Positions 41,565 to 51,639 of a stretch of 64,000 nucleotides of DNA are shown here, piece after piece. Each line of letters begins with the position of its first letter. The stretch's first letter is position 1. The translations under genes and the position numbers were made by a program. The DNA comes from Clostridiales bacterium (GTDB lineage: Bacteria > Bacillota > Clostridia > Christensenellales > UBA1242): NCBI GenBank assembly GCA_015055515.1, contig SVIC01000006.1, forward strand, positions 765 to 64,764, given 5' to 3'. Below the pieces are notes generated by a model, which saw only the letters and a program-made list of their open reading frames with translations, searched no databases and was not told the DNA's origin.

Positions 41565-43655
41565 TTAATCTAATTTATACTCTTTTATTTTACTACAAAA
41601 ATCATTGCAAGACAACAGATCTAACCTATTAACTGCTCTACTACAAGCAATAAACAGCAAGTTCATATCATAATCATTACTATAATTTGCTTCACTAGCA
41701 TCGTACACGATCACATAATCAAACTCTAATCCTTTGCTATTAAATGCAGATATAATATTTATTTTTCCACCAAGAGTATCTTTGTTATTTGCTATCAAAG
41801 ACACGCCCTTTATTTTGTTTTTTATCTTTGCATACAACTCTTTTGCTTGCCTATTTGTTTTTGTGATTATAGCAATTGTATTATAATTTTTATTCTCTTT
41901 TATAAGTTTTGCAATCGTAGCAAGTTCCATTGACCCATCTACATTGATCTTCCTTACTTCTTCGCCAGATCTTTTTACATATTCAAGTCTTTCATTTCCG
42001 GCTAAATACGCAAAGAATTTGGTGATTTGCATTGTACTTCTATAACTCTTATTTAATTCTACTTTTTCTACGGGTTTACCTAATATAGTATCTATGTTAT
42101 CAAATACCTCTTTTGCACCAACATATTCTACACATTGTCCCACATCACCTAGCATGGTCTTTGTTGCAGGATACAGCATATCAATTATTTTCAATTGCAA
42201 TGCACTATACTCCTGCACCTCATCTACTACCAAATGTTTGATATTGCTATTTGCATTATATCCACCTATGAACATCTTAATATACCATATTGCATAAGCA
42301 TCTTCATTCTTAATCTTATTTCCACGAAGTCGCATATCCAGCCCCATAGATTTTAAGAAATCTAGATACACAGCCACTGGCTTTTTCGATTTTAAGAATG
42401 ATACTAGTTTCTCAAAAATCTCTATCTTTAGCTTCTTTATAGCCCCTACGCTCTTTACATTATAGAAATAATCGCTCACTAATGCTTCGCTCATCCAGAT
42501 AAACCTAGTAAATATATTTTGTTCTGCATACATCTCATAATACAATTTTTCCAACTTCTCTTGTGGAATGATATTTCCCATTATCATAAAAGATTTTGGC
42601 TCAAACGCTCGTGCTACCACTTTGTAGCAATAATCCCTTATTGCATTATAGAAATGTACAGACGTCTTTGCCTTCCAATTATCAACCTGGCTAGGATTAT
42701 TGATTATTCTATCCATGCTCTCATACTTATTCTCTATAGGAGCAATCTTAGATAACGCCTTTGCACACAGCACATCCAATATTACCTTATTTACATCTCT
42801 CTCTGCCAACTCGGGCAATACTTGGGATATGTAACTAGAAAAAGCATTATTATGCGACAACACCAACACACTATCAGATGTCAACTTGTCTTTTTGCTTA
42901 TATAGAAGATATGCTATTCTATGTAGCGCTATTGCTGTCTTACCCGATCCTGCAACACCATTTACAATCATGTCTACGCCATCTGACCATCTTATAACCT
43001 TGTTCTGTTGCGCCTGAATAGTCTGTACAATACTCTTCATAGAATTAGAACTATTATGACCCAAAGCATCTTGCAACAACTCATCCTCTATGGCAAGATT
43101 TGTGTCAAAGAAATATTCTAGCTTACCATTTTCTATCTTAAACTGCCTTTTTCCTAACAAATCAACTTCCAATACAGAATTATCAGATACAATCTTCGCC
43201 TTGCCAACTTGATAATCATAATATACACTAGCAATCGGCGATCTCCAGTCTAACACTACAAAATTATTGTCTTCGTCATTCAATGTATGAGTTCCTATAT
43301 AATATTTCTCATCCACATTAGTATCTTCAGGCAAAATTGTTATTTTTGCAAAATAAGGATTAGACAACATCTTCTTATATACATCTTTCTCTAATTTTAA
43401 CCTGTTCAAAAGATCCAACTTATACTCTAGTGCAGTCTGCAAATTCGCAACAGTTATAGCAGTCTCATCGCTTAATGTATTTAGATCCATATCTTTTAAT
43501 GAATTTAGATATTTCTCATTCTCTATATTAAATTGTTCTTCTACAGTAACACACTCTTTTTCCTCAGTTTCCACCACTTTTTTAAGCAATTGCAGTGTGC
43601 CATCTAGATATTTTTCCTCTATTTGTCTCTCTATAGTATTCATATCCTTATCCAT
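41565..43655 (-). CDS. helD: UvrD-like helicase, HelD/helicase IV type
   Basis: 696 aa with a coiled-coil N-terminus, Walker A ..VNGVAGSGKTAIALHRIAYLLY.., ..LVVDEVQEY.., and C-terminal ..SKGLEFDYVIVYD.. Confidence 0.8.
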   Translation of the reverse strand: MDKDMNTIERQIEEKYLDGTLQLLKKVVETEEKECVTVEEQFNIENEKYLNSLKDMDLNTLSDETAITVANLQTALEYKLDLLNRLKLEKDVYKKMLSNPYFAKITILPEDTNVDEKYYIGTHTLNDEDNNFVVLDWRSPIASVYYDYQVGKAKIVSDNSVLEVDLLGKRQFKIENGKLEYFFDTNLAIEDELLQDALGHNSSNSMKSIVQTIQAQQNKVIRWSDGVDMIVNGVAGSGKTAIALHRIAYLLYKQKDKLTSDSVLVLSHNNAFSSYISQVLPELAERDVNKVILDVLCAKALSKIAPIENKYESMDRIINNPSQVDNWKAKTSVHFYNAIRDYCYKVVARAFEPKSFMIMGNIIPQEKLEKLYYEMYAEQNIFTRFIWMSEALVSDYFYNVKSVGAIKKLKIEIFEKLVSFLKSKKPVAVYLDFLKSMGLDMRLRGNKIKNEDAYAIWYIKMFIGGYNANSNIKHLVVDEVQEYSALQLKIIDMLYPATKTMLGDVGQCVEYVGAKEVFDNIDTILGKPVEKVELNKSYRSTMQITKFFAYLAGNERLEYVKRSGEEVRKINVDGSMELATIAKLIKENKNYNTIAIITKTNRQAKELYAKIKNKIKGVSLIANNKDTLGGKINIISAFNSKGLEFDYVIVYDASEANYSNDYDMNLLFIACSRAVNRLDLLSCNDFCSKIKEYKLD

Positions 43656-43779
43656 TTTTAATAAGTAAAATATATTAAAAGAAATTATAACATACTACAA
43701 AGTCATTTACAAGTAAAAAATATTTAATTATTTTTACAAAAAATTAAAAAAATCTATGACATAGTCATAGATAAATTCA

Positions 43780-44535
43780 TTAAGCACCTTCAATTAGCAT
43801 CTTGTCTGCCACTAATGCAATGAATTCGCCATTTGTTGGCTTCTCATTATCGGAATATACTTTTACTCCAAATAGGTTGTTTATATTCTCTATTTTGCCT
43901 CTGTTCCACGCCACTTCTATAGCATGTCTAATAGCACGCTCTACCTTGCTAGATGTCGTATCAAATTTCTTTGCAATACTAGGATACAACTTCTTAGTTA
44001 TGCTATTAATTATATCTGGCGACTCTATAGCCATCTTAATAGCCTCTCTTAAGAATTGATAACCTTTGATATGCGCAGGAATACCTACTGTAATGAATAT
44101 ATTACTCAATCTACCATCTAAATTCTTTATTTTAGATAAATTCTTCTGTGGCTTATCTTCTTCCCCTTTTGATAACACATCTTGTATTCTAGATATTAGT
44201 ACTTCATATTTATATGGCTTCAACATATAATAATCGGCACCCAGCAATAACGCCTTTTGTACAAATGCATCTCCAGAGATCGCTGATAGCACTATAACCT
44301 TAGTATCTATTCCATGCTCCCTTAATCCCTCTAATAGCGCAAAGCCATCCGAGTTCTGCAACAACATATCCGTAATTACTAAATCTACATCATTATTTAA
44401 TATATAATCCATAGCCTCTTTCGCATCTGCAAAACACTTTTGTACTTCAATATCTTTCTCTTCCTTTAACCTGTTACTCAATTCCATTCTGTCGTTATCA
44501 TTAGAATCTAATAATACAATTTTTTTGTTTTCCAT
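43780..44535 (-). CDS. spo0A: Sporulation master regulator Spo0A
   Basis: 251 aa with a receiver domain (..DLVITDMLL..) and the Spo0A-specific C-domain ..GIPAHIKGYQFLREAIKMA...SKVERAIRHAIEVAWNRG.. Confidence 0.93.
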   Translation of the reverse strand: MENKKIVLLDSNDNDRMELSNRLKEEKDIEVQKCFADAKEAMDYILNNDVDLVITDMLLQNSDGFALLEGLREHGIDTKVIVLSAISGDAFVQKALLLGADYYMLKPYKYEVLISRIQDVLSKGEEDKPQKNLSKIKNLDGRLSNIFITVGIPAHIKGYQFLREAIKMAIESPDIINSITKKLYPSIAKKFDTTSSKVERAIRHAIEVAWNRGKIENINNLFGVKVYSDNEKPTNGEFIALVADKMLIEGA

Positions 44536-44813
44536 ACAATACTCCTAGTGGTCAATCTCTTAATAACCGACAAGGTCATGTTATAAAAATTTCAATTTTT
44601 TGTAAAGGTTTTAGAGACATTCTTTTTGCAAAAAATGTATATTTTTGAACACTTTTTGTAACTAAATGTCACATTACTCTTTCTATTTGGGATAAAAATG
44701 CTCAATATTTGGGAAAAGATAGACATTTTAGACATTTCACATAATTTCGGCCAATCGTACACTTTTTTGTATATTTATTTGACTAAATAATTTGAAATAT
44801 TTATTATATAAAC

Positions 44814-45674
44814 ATGGATAAATGTAATAATTGTGCAAGAAATTGTAAAATAGATAGAAAAAAAACTTATGGATATTGCAAAGCAAATAATCTATGCAAG
44901 ATTGCAAAGGTAATGACACATTATTGGGAAGAGCCCATTATATCTGGTCATAGTGGTAGTGGTGCAATTTTTTTTAGCAATTGCAACCTTCGATGCGTAT
45001 ATTGCCAGAACTACCAGATTAGCCATAACGGCATTGGTATAGAAATAAGTGCAAATGAACTTGCTAAAATATTCCAAGACCTCGAAAATAGTGGTGTACA
45101 CAACATAAATCTTGTCACACCCACTCACTATGTAGATCAAATAATAGAAGCGCTGAAAATATATAAGCCTAGCATTCCTATAGTGTGGAATACCAATGGA
45201 TATGAGAGCACTGGTACTATTGAAAAAATTCGTGATTATATCGACATATACCTATTTGACTTAAAATACTATGACAGCAATATTTCTAAAAAATATAGCG
45301 ACGCATCCGATTATTTTGAAACAGCATCTAAGAATATACTATTTGCTAGAAATATCATACCTACAGATATTATAACAAATGGATTAATGCAAAAAGGAAT
45401 CATTGTAAGACACCTTGTACTACCTAACAACACAAACGACTCTATAAATATATTAAAATGGATAAAAGAATATATACCTAATACCATTATAAGCCTAATG
45501 AGCCAATATGTTCCTTATTACAAAGCAAATAATTACACAGAAATAAATAGAAAATTAAACAAATTAGAATATAAGAGAGTTCTATCAATGTGTCAAGACT
45601 TAAATCTTAACGGATTTATGCAAGATATGGACAGTGCAGATGAAATATATATTCCAAATTTTAATGAAGATTAA
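44814..45674 (+). CDS. Radical SAM protein, PflX-like (COG1313-type) activase family
   Basis: 286 aa with a CNLRCVYCQN CxxxCxxC cluster, an N-terminal extra Cys cluster (CNNCARNC..C) and ..NLVTPTHY.. Confidence 0.75.
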   Translation: MDKCNNCARNCKIDRKKTYGYCKANNLCKIAKVMTHYWEEPIISGHSGSGAIFFSNCNLRCVYCQNYQISHNGIGIEISANELAKIFQDLENSGVHNINLVTPTHYVDQIIEALKIYKPSIPIVWNTNGYESTGTIEKIRDYIDIYLFDLKYYDSNISKKYSDASDYFETASKNILFARNIIPTDIITNGLMQKGIIVRHLVLPNNTNDSINILKWIKEYIPNTIISLMSQYVPYYKANNYTEINRKLNKLEYKRVLSMCQDLNLNGFMQDMDSADEIYIPNFNED

Positions 45675-45702
45675 AAAAAGCACCTAATAGTGCTTTTTTT
45701 TT
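45674..45702. terminator. Bidirectional terminator between the radical SAM and XRE genes
   Basis: aagcac-ctaata-gtgctt, flanked by an A-run and a T-run. Confidence 0.6.
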
Positions 45703-46282
45703 ACCCTCTAAACTTAGGCTGTGTAAAGAACGCAACCACTATAGCTGCCTGCACTGGAACACCTATGATATACACAAGCCACGCATTGTATTCTAAGAAT
45801 TGGAAATAAACACATGTAAGTAGTGACCAACATAATAGTGTCCTAAAGACCAGACTTACAATCTTACCCTTTCTCTTTCTGTTAACATACATCATATAAC
45901 AAGCAGTAACTGGAATCGCCCATATAAATATTTGCCAAATAACATTATCGTATGTCAATTCATAGTACACGAAGACAATTGTCGCTATGGTCCATATTAT
46001 AAGAACCATCAATATATGCATTAGTATTTCATTCCTACTATAACCTATCTTCTTCTCAACAGAAGTCTCGAAGTGTTCCTCTAGCATATACGATAATGGA
46101 ACATTAAAAATAACACTAAGGGCCTGCAAAGTCTCGATATCGGGTAAGACCTCCCCTTTCTCCCACCTAGACACCGCCTTGTCAGAATAATTAATCTTCT
46201 TTGCAAGATCTATTTGTGTTAAGCCTTTCTTTTTCCTAAGGCTAATAATATTATTTGGTATAATCTCTCTCAAATCTTTCAT
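45701..46282 (-). CDS. Membrane-tethered XRE-family HTH regulator (HTH plus about 4 TM helices)
   Basis: 193 aa, ..LRKKKGLTQIDLAKKINYSDKAVSRWEKGEVLPDIETLQALSVIF.. followed by hydrophobic helices. Confidence 0.8.
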   Translation of the reverse strand: MKDLREIIPNNIISLRKKKGLTQIDLAKKINYSDKAVSRWEKGEVLPDIETLQALSVIFNVPLSYMLEEHFETSVEKKIGYSRNEILMHILMVLIIWTIATIVFVYYELTYDNVIWQIFIWAIPVTACYMMYVNRKRKGKIVSLVFRTLLCWSLLTCVYFQFLEYNAWLVYIIGVPVQAAIVVAFFTQPKFRG

Positions 46283-46330
46283 ACTTGTATTATATATAAT
46301 TTAATATTAAAAATCAACAGTTTTAATACA

Positions 46331-46392
46331 AATTCTCGCTACAGTAGAATTGTGAATTTTTAATTCTCGCTAATAAAAACAAGTAGAGAATT
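46331..46392. promoter_or_regulatory. Candidate operator: 11-mer aattctcgcta repeated twice, each completing an inverted repeat
   Basis: aattct-N9-agaatt at 46331-46351 and aattctc-N17-gagaatt at 46362-46392, in the divergent XRE / C-domain spacer. Confidence 0.3.
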
Positions 46393-46414
46393 TTTTTTTA
46401 ATATTCTTTTGCTT

Positions 46415-46443
46415 TTGTTGGCTACACATTATATAATTATAAT
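46415..46443 (+). promoter_or_regulatory. Candidate promoter of the C-A-T operon (TTGTTG-17 nt-TATAAT)
   Basis: ttgttg gctacacattatataat tataat, about 50 nt upstream of the ATG at 46496. Confidence 0.4.
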
Positions 46444-46495
46444 GTACAAAAATGTCGAACATTGTAAATAACACAAGATGATGAGGAGTGATATA

Positions 46496-47851
46496 ATGGA
46501 AGAAAAAAAATATTATCAGACAACATTAGCTCAAGATGTAGTAATACTTCAGACAAAGTATTGTATAGACAAGAGAGTAGTCAATATACTTGCTTCTATG
46601 AGCTCAGAAAAACCACTGGATTTTGACACACTAGACAAAGCATTCAATCTAGTAGTAGAGAGAAACGACTGTCTTAGAATTAAATTCGTTAAGAAAGACA
46701 AGCAGTTAATGCAATATTTTGATGATAAGGTAGAGTTCAACAACATACCCAGATTGGAATTTGGTATCGAGAAAGAATTTGATGCATTTATATCAAAGAT
46801 TAGAAAATCACCTATTAAATATAAGAAAGGTGTTGTAGTAGAGCCATACTTTATTAAAACACATGACAACAAATATATGGTACTGCTTAAAGTTTGTCAC
46901 CTTGTACTTGACTTATACGGTATCAATGTTATCTTCAAAGATTTATTCGAAGTATATAATGCATTACTTAATAACACAGAAATGCCGGAGAAGCCTGTCC
47001 AATTCGAGACACTAATCCAAAAAGACTTAGAGAAGAAAAATGACACAGAGTTCACTCAGAAAAATATTGAGTTCTATGAAAAATATACTAGTGAGAGTGA
47101 AAGACCATGTTACGCAGGACTACACGGAGATAACTCTAAGATATGGCTAAAGAAAAAAGCAAAAGGCAGAATCGGTACAAAAATGTTTTTGATTAATTGC
47201 CATACCAAAGGATATTGTCATACCGTTGACAAATCAATTGTAGACAGAATAGCCGATTATTGCACAACAAACAAGATATCTATGGCTCACTTCGTATTCT
47301 ATGCAATGAATATATGTAGTTCGAAAATTAATCATGATACACCAGTTATGGCACCACTAGAATTATCTAACTGCAGAGGTACAGCACAAGAGAAAAAATG
47401 TGCGGGCACAAAAGCACAGAGTGCATGCTGTAATGTAAAAATAAATTTTGATGAGCAATTCAATACAGAATTAAGTGCCTTCTCTAAGAACCAAATGAAA
47501 CTATACAGACATATGGGATGCTCTGATAAAGATATGCAAATGTTATTATATAAAAATTACAAATATAGTTTTCTTGAATCAATATATGGAATGGCGTTCT
47601 CATTTGTTCCATTTGCGATGCCAGAAGGATTAGATTTTGCTATATACAGCAATGAGAAGTGTGCTCTTCCTGCTTATATTGGAGTATTATATGATATCAA
47701 TAAGCAAGAAATGCAGATCGCATACGATGTTCAAACTAAGCTTACTACAGAACAAGATGTAAAAGATTATCACGATAATTTAGTTAGAATTATGACTCAA
47801 GTACTAGATAATCCAGAAATACTTATCAAAGATATTAAGGTGGAATTATAA
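46496..47851 (+). CDS. Free-standing condensation (C)-domain-like acyltransferase
   Basis: Start set at MEEKKYY (AGGAG RBS). N-terminal ..TLAQDVV...FDTLDKAFNLVVERNDCLRIKF.. and an xHxxxD core KVCHLVLDLYG are typical of NRPS C / PapA-type domains. Confidence 0.7.
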   Translation: MEEKKYYQTTLAQDVVILQTKYCIDKRVVNILASMSSEKPLDFDTLDKAFNLVVERNDCLRIKFVKKDKQLMQYFDDKVEFNNIPRLEFGIEKEFDAFISKIRKSPIKYKKGVVVEPYFIKTHDNKYMVLLKVCHLVLDLYGINVIFKDLFEVYNALLNNTEMPEKPVQFETLIQKDLEKKNDTEFTQKNIEFYEKYTSESERPCYAGLHGDNSKIWLKKKAKGRIGTKMFLINCHTKGYCHTVDKSIVDRIADYCTTNKISMAHFVFYAMNICSSKINHDTPVMAPLELSNCRGTAQEKKCAGTKAQSACCNVKINFDEQFNTELSAFSKNQMKLYRHMGCSDKDMQMLLYKNYKYSFLESIYGMAFSFVPFAMPEGLDFAIYSNEKCALPAYIGVLYDINKQEMQIAYDVQTKLTTEQDVKDYHDNLVRIMTQVLDNPEILIKDIKVEL

Positions 47852-49582
47852 ATGAGATTAGTAACAGAGAGAGAATTGAATAGAAATTTTTTATTAAAAG
47901 ATGGTGATTACAAATCTACAAAAGAAATTTTTGAAAGAATAGCAGAATATATACCTGATAAGAAAATTATAGGTGAATTAGACAAAGACAAAAAGATAAT
48001 ATATCACACTGCAAAAGATTTGTTACAAGATGTCGAGGCTATTGGTGATGGCTTAATTGATTTAGGTCTAGAAGGCAAGCATATTGCACTATCTGCAGAC
48101 AACTCTTATCTATATGTAATGTGTGACCTTGCTATTGCTGGTGGTGTTGGTGTTGTTACCCCTATAGATAAAGATGCAACAAACGACCTATTTATTACAC
48201 TACTTAATAAATGTGAAGCAGATGCACTAATTTGTGCACATCATATGATAGACAAAGTAAAGGAAGTACTTCCTTCTTGCAAAAAATTAAAAACCATTAT
48301 TACTATAGATAAAAAAGTAGAAGACTACCCTACTATGAGTGAAATAATGGAAAAAGGCAGAACTTTGAGTGAAAAAGGATATTATCATAACAAAGAGCTT
48401 GATCTATCAGCCCCTGCAAAACTGCTATTCACATCTGGCACAACAGGCCCAAACAAAGGTGTAATATTATCGCAGAATAACTTATCTGCAAACACAATCA
48501 ACTGTCTTGACTCAATTACAGCAAATAACGATGAATTCAATACATCTATGAGTATTCTACCTATGCACCACGCAACAGAGATTAATACCCACATCCTTGC
48601 CAGAATAGCCGCAGGAAGACTAACATATATTAACGACAGCATGAAGAACATGATGATTAATATCAAAATCTTCAAGCCACACGTAATCACAATAGTTCCT
48701 ATGATAGCAAATGCTTTCTATAAGGCAATATGGTCCAACGCCACAAAGGCAGGCAAAGACAAAATGCTAAAGAAAGGTATTAAATTGACTAAGTTACTTA
48801 GAAAATTCGGCATTGACATATCTAGAAAACTAATGAAAGATGTATATGAGCCTTTTGGTGGAAACCTAAGACAAATAGTATGTGGCGGTGCAATGCTTAA
48901 CCCTGAAGTAGTAAAAGGTTTCGGTGATCTAGGGATATTTATTACTAACGGATTTGGTATTACTGAATGTGGTCCACTAGTATCTATGAATACCGACACT
49001 CTGAACGAAGTATATTCTGTAGGCAAAGCCTGCCCTAACCTAGAAGTAAAACTAGCAGACATCAATGAAGATGGCGTAGGAGAACTGTGTGTAAAAGGCA
49101 AGAGTGTTACACAAGGCTACTACAAAGATGAAGAAGCAACAAAGCAAGTCTTTGATGAAGAAGGATTCTTCCACACTGGAGACCTTGCAAGAATAGACAA
49201 GAAAGGCAGAATATTCCTATCTGGTAGAAAGAAAAATGTTATTGTGTTAGACAATGGTAAGAATGTATGTCCTGAAGAGATAGAACTAGAGGTAATGAAC
49301 AACATTGATTACGCAAAAGAATGTGTTGCATACATAGGCACATACGGAGAATCGGAAAAAGAAGGAATTTGCTTAGGGCTATTTATAGAAGATGAAGAAG
49401 TTAGAGGAAATAGAGATAAGATCCAAGAAGATTTCAGAGCTCTAAATAAGAAATTGCCTAGTTATAAACAAATTAATTATATTAATATTGTAGATAACGA
49501 ATACGAAAAAACTTCTACTAAGAAGATAAAAAGAGACACAGTGCTATCTAGACACGACGGCAACTCAGGAATAAAACTATAA
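47852..49582 (+). CDS. Acyl/aryl-AMP ligase (AMP-dependent synthetase, long-chain acyl-CoA synthetase-like)
   Basis: 576 aa, LLFTSGTTGPNKG, GFGITECGP, GDLARIDKKGRIFLSGRKKNVIVLDNGKNVCPEEIE. The ATG abuts the C-domain stop. Confidence 0.85.
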   Translation: MRLVTERELNRNFLLKDGDYKSTKEIFERIAEYIPDKKIIGELDKDKKIIYHTAKDLLQDVEAIGDGLIDLGLEGKHIALSADNSYLYVMCDLAIAGGVGVVTPIDKDATNDLFITLLNKCEADALICAHHMIDKVKEVLPSCKKLKTIITIDKKVEDYPTMSEIMEKGRTLSEKGYYHNKELDLSAPAKLLFTSGTTGPNKGVILSQNNLSANTINCLDSITANNDEFNTSMSILPMHHATEINTHILARIAAGRLTYINDSMKNMMINIKIFKPHVITIVPMIANAFYKAIWSNATKAGKDKMLKKGIKLTKLLRKFGIDISRKLMKDVYEPFGGNLRQIVCGGAMLNPEVVKGFGDLGIFITNGFGITECGPLVSMNTDTLNEVYSVGKACPNLEVKLADINEDGVGELCVKGKSVTQGYYKDEEATKQVFDEEGFFHTGDLARIDKKGRIFLSGRKKNVIVLDNGKNVCPEEIELEVMNNIDYAKECVAYIGTYGESEKEGICLGLFIEDEEVRGNRDKIQEDFRALNKKLPSYKQINYINIVDNEYEKTSTKKIKRDTVLSRHDGNSGIKL

Positions 49583-49599
49583 GGAGATAATATAGATTT

Positions 49600-49815
49600 A
49601 TGGATAAACTAAAAAGTATTATTACAAAATATGTAGATGTAAAACCAGAAGATATCGGCGATAATATGAGTCTAAATGCTGATCTTAATATTGATTCTTT
49701 TTCTCTTATATCTATGATTGTAGAGATAGAAGAAAGTTTTAACGTAGAGATCCCTGATTACGCTATTAGCAAATTCCAGACTCTAACAGATCTTTATAAT
49801 TTTATTACTGCTTAA
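49600..49815 (+). CDS. Acyl/peptidyl carrier protein
   Basis: 71 aa, ..LNADLNIDSFSLISMIVEIEESF.. (phosphopantetheine Ser in DSF). AGGAG RBS. Confidence 0.8.
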   Translation: MDKLKSIITKYVDVKPEDIGDNMSLNADLNIDSFSLISMIVEIEESFNVEIPDYAISKFQTLTDLYNFITA

Positions 49816-49825
49816 TTATTACAAT

Positions 49826-49858
49826 ATAAAAAATCCACTAAAAATAGTGGATTTTTTT
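49826..49858. terminator. Bidirectional terminator between the carrier-protein gene and pyrG
   Basis: aatccacta-aaaa-tagtggatt (9 bp), flanked by an A-run and a T-run. Confidence 0.75.
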
Positions 49859-49869
49859 ATATTTGCATA

Positions 49870-51474
49870 TTACTTCATATCAATTGCTGTAGCAATCAAT
49901 CCATCAAAAAGAGGCTGTGGCCTATATGGACGACTTGCAAATTCTGGATGATACATTACCCCTATATAGAATGGATGATCTTTTAATTCTATTGCCTCAA
50001 CCAAATTCATTGCTTCATTCTTGCCAGACACAACTAAACCTTTTTGAGATAAAGTATCTATATAATCATTATTTATCTCAAATCTATGTCTGTGCCTCTC
50101 TCTAACAATCTCTGTATTATACAATTTATAAAGTCTAGTATTTTTCTGTATGTTGCAATCATAACTACCTAGTCTCATTGCATCATTTGGCTTAATCAAT
50201 CCAATTAAATCCTGCCTTGTATGTACTACCGGTGTATCACAGTCCTCACACCATTCTACACTATTGGCATTACTTAATCCTGCTACATTTCTAGCAAACT
50301 CTATGACAGCAGTCTCCATACCAAGCCCGATTCCTAAGAACGGTACTCCATTCTCTCTGGCGTATTTTGATACTTCAATATTGCCCTCATTGCCACCTAC
50401 ACCAAAGCCTCCTGCGACTATAATTGCATCGAACGTTGACAGTATTTCTGCTACATTATCTGCTTCTATTTTCTCACTATCTACAATAACTACTTCTGGT
50501 GTAACATTGTGAGCAATGCAAGCATGCTTAATAGATTCAGTGACACTAATATATGCGTCTTGTACGGAGTATTTACCTACTATTGCCACCTTGACCTTTG
50601 GCAAATGCTTATCCATATATACAGTAACCATCTTGGTCCATTCATCCATATTAGCATCTGGTGCAGTTAAGTTCAACTTCTTTAGTACTGTATCATCGAA
50701 ATTCTGCGATTTAAGCACTAGTGGTACTTGGTATATACTACCACAGTCGGGATTATGAACCACATTACTTGGAGAATCCAGATTGCAGAACATCGCAATC
50801 TTTGCCTTCATATCTTCATCCAAATCTACATTCGCATTGCTTCTACATACCACTATATCTGGCATAAGACCTAGAGTTGTAAGCATCTTCACACTATGTT
50901 GTGTAGGCTTGGTCTTTACTTCTCCTGCTGCCTCTAGGTATGGCAGTAATGTCACATGTACATGGCAATAGTTGTCGCTACCCAGTTCTCTCTCGAACTG
51001 TCTGATAGCCTCTAGGAAAGGCTCACCCTCCATATCACCTACTGTACCACCTATCTCGACAATAACCACATCTATATCATCGCCACCAACACTTCGCATA
51101 ACAGCCTTAATCTCATTAGTCACATGAGGCACAACCTGTATTGTTGCACCACCATATCCTCCATCAAGACCACGTTGAATAATTGTGGAATATATTTTAC
51201 CACTAGTATAGTTGCAGTTCTTACTACACTCTCTATCTAAAAATCTCTCATAATGACCTATATCAAGATCACACTCACCACCATCATGTGTTACAAAGAC
51301 CTCTCCATGCTGTTGTGGGCTCATATGGCTAGGATCGGCATTTAGGTATGGATCCAATTTCTGACTGGCAACCTTAAATCCTCTATTAATCAATAATCTT
51401 CCTAATGATGCAGCCGTAATACCCTTACCCAGACTAGATACCACACCACCTGTCACGAATACATATTTACTCAT
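49870..51474 (-). CDS. pyrG: CTP synthase
   Basis: 534 aa, MSKYVFVTGGVVSSLGKGITAASLG... and a GATase domain ..GIGLGME...HRHRFE.. Confidence 0.98.
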   Translation of the reverse strand: MSKYVFVTGGVVSSLGKGITAASLGRLLINRGFKVASQKLDPYLNADPSHMSPQQHGEVFVTHDGGECDLDIGHYERFLDRECSKNCNYTSGKIYSTIIQRGLDGGYGGATIQVVPHVTNEIKAVMRSVGGDDIDVVIVEIGGTVGDMEGEPFLEAIRQFERELGSDNYCHVHVTLLPYLEAAGEVKTKPTQHSVKMLTTLGLMPDIVVCRSNANVDLDEDMKAKIAMFCNLDSPSNVVHNPDCGSIYQVPLVLKSQNFDDTVLKKLNLTAPDANMDEWTKMVTVYMDKHLPKVKVAIVGKYSVQDAYISVTESIKHACIAHNVTPEVVIVDSEKIEADNVAEILSTFDAIIVAGGFGVGGNEGNIEVSKYARENGVPFLGIGLGMETAVIEFARNVAGLSNANSVEWCEDCDTPVVHTRQDLIGLIKPNDAMRLGSYDCNIQKNTRLYKLYNTEIVRERHRHRFEINNDYIDTLSQKGLVVSGKNEAMNLVEAIELKDHPFYIGVMYHPEFASRPYRPQPLFDGLIATAIDMK

Positions 51475-51499
51475 TTCCTCTTGACCTCCATAATGTTAA

Positions 51500-51541
51500 A
51501 TAAAGAAAAAACATTTGCCGAAATTTTTAGGCAAATGTTTC
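51500..51541 (-). terminator. Leader terminator (attenuator) upstream of pyrG
   Basis: Minus strand reads aacatttgcc-taaaaatttc-ggcaaatgtt (10 bp) followed by ttttctttattt. It lies about 35 nt before the pyrG RBS. Confidence 0.6.
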
Positions 51542-51613
51542 GTTGTTTTGTGGGGTAGAAAAAGACTGCAAAATTATGCAAAATATTTTATGTCTGCAAT
51601 AACGTTGTCTCAT
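51527..51613 (-). CDS. Candidate 28-aa leader peptide ORF in the pyrG leader
   Basis: GGAGG-caggt-ATG. Encodes MRQRYCRHKIFCIILQSFSTPQNNETFA. The last four codons cover the 5' arm of the terminator stem and the TAA lies in its loop. Confidence 0.3.
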   Translation of the reverse strand: MRQRYCRHKIFCIILQSFSTPQNNETFA

Positions 51614-51639
51614 ACCTGCCTCCAACATAAACTACTTGT

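Noticed and set aside
44536-44813. Spo0A boxes or autoregulatory sites upstream of spo0A, and the direct repeat tagacatt-tagacatt near 44727
   Set aside because: I found no clean TGTCGAA 0A box, only near matches such as ccgacaa. The short repeat is too weak to call in AT-rich DNA.
44737-44919. 60-aa minus-strand ORF next to the radical SAM gene as a RiPP precursor
   Set aside because: It overlaps the radical SAM start on the opposite strand and has no RBS. The radical SAM enzyme is of the PflX/activase type rather than a SPASM/RiPP maturase.
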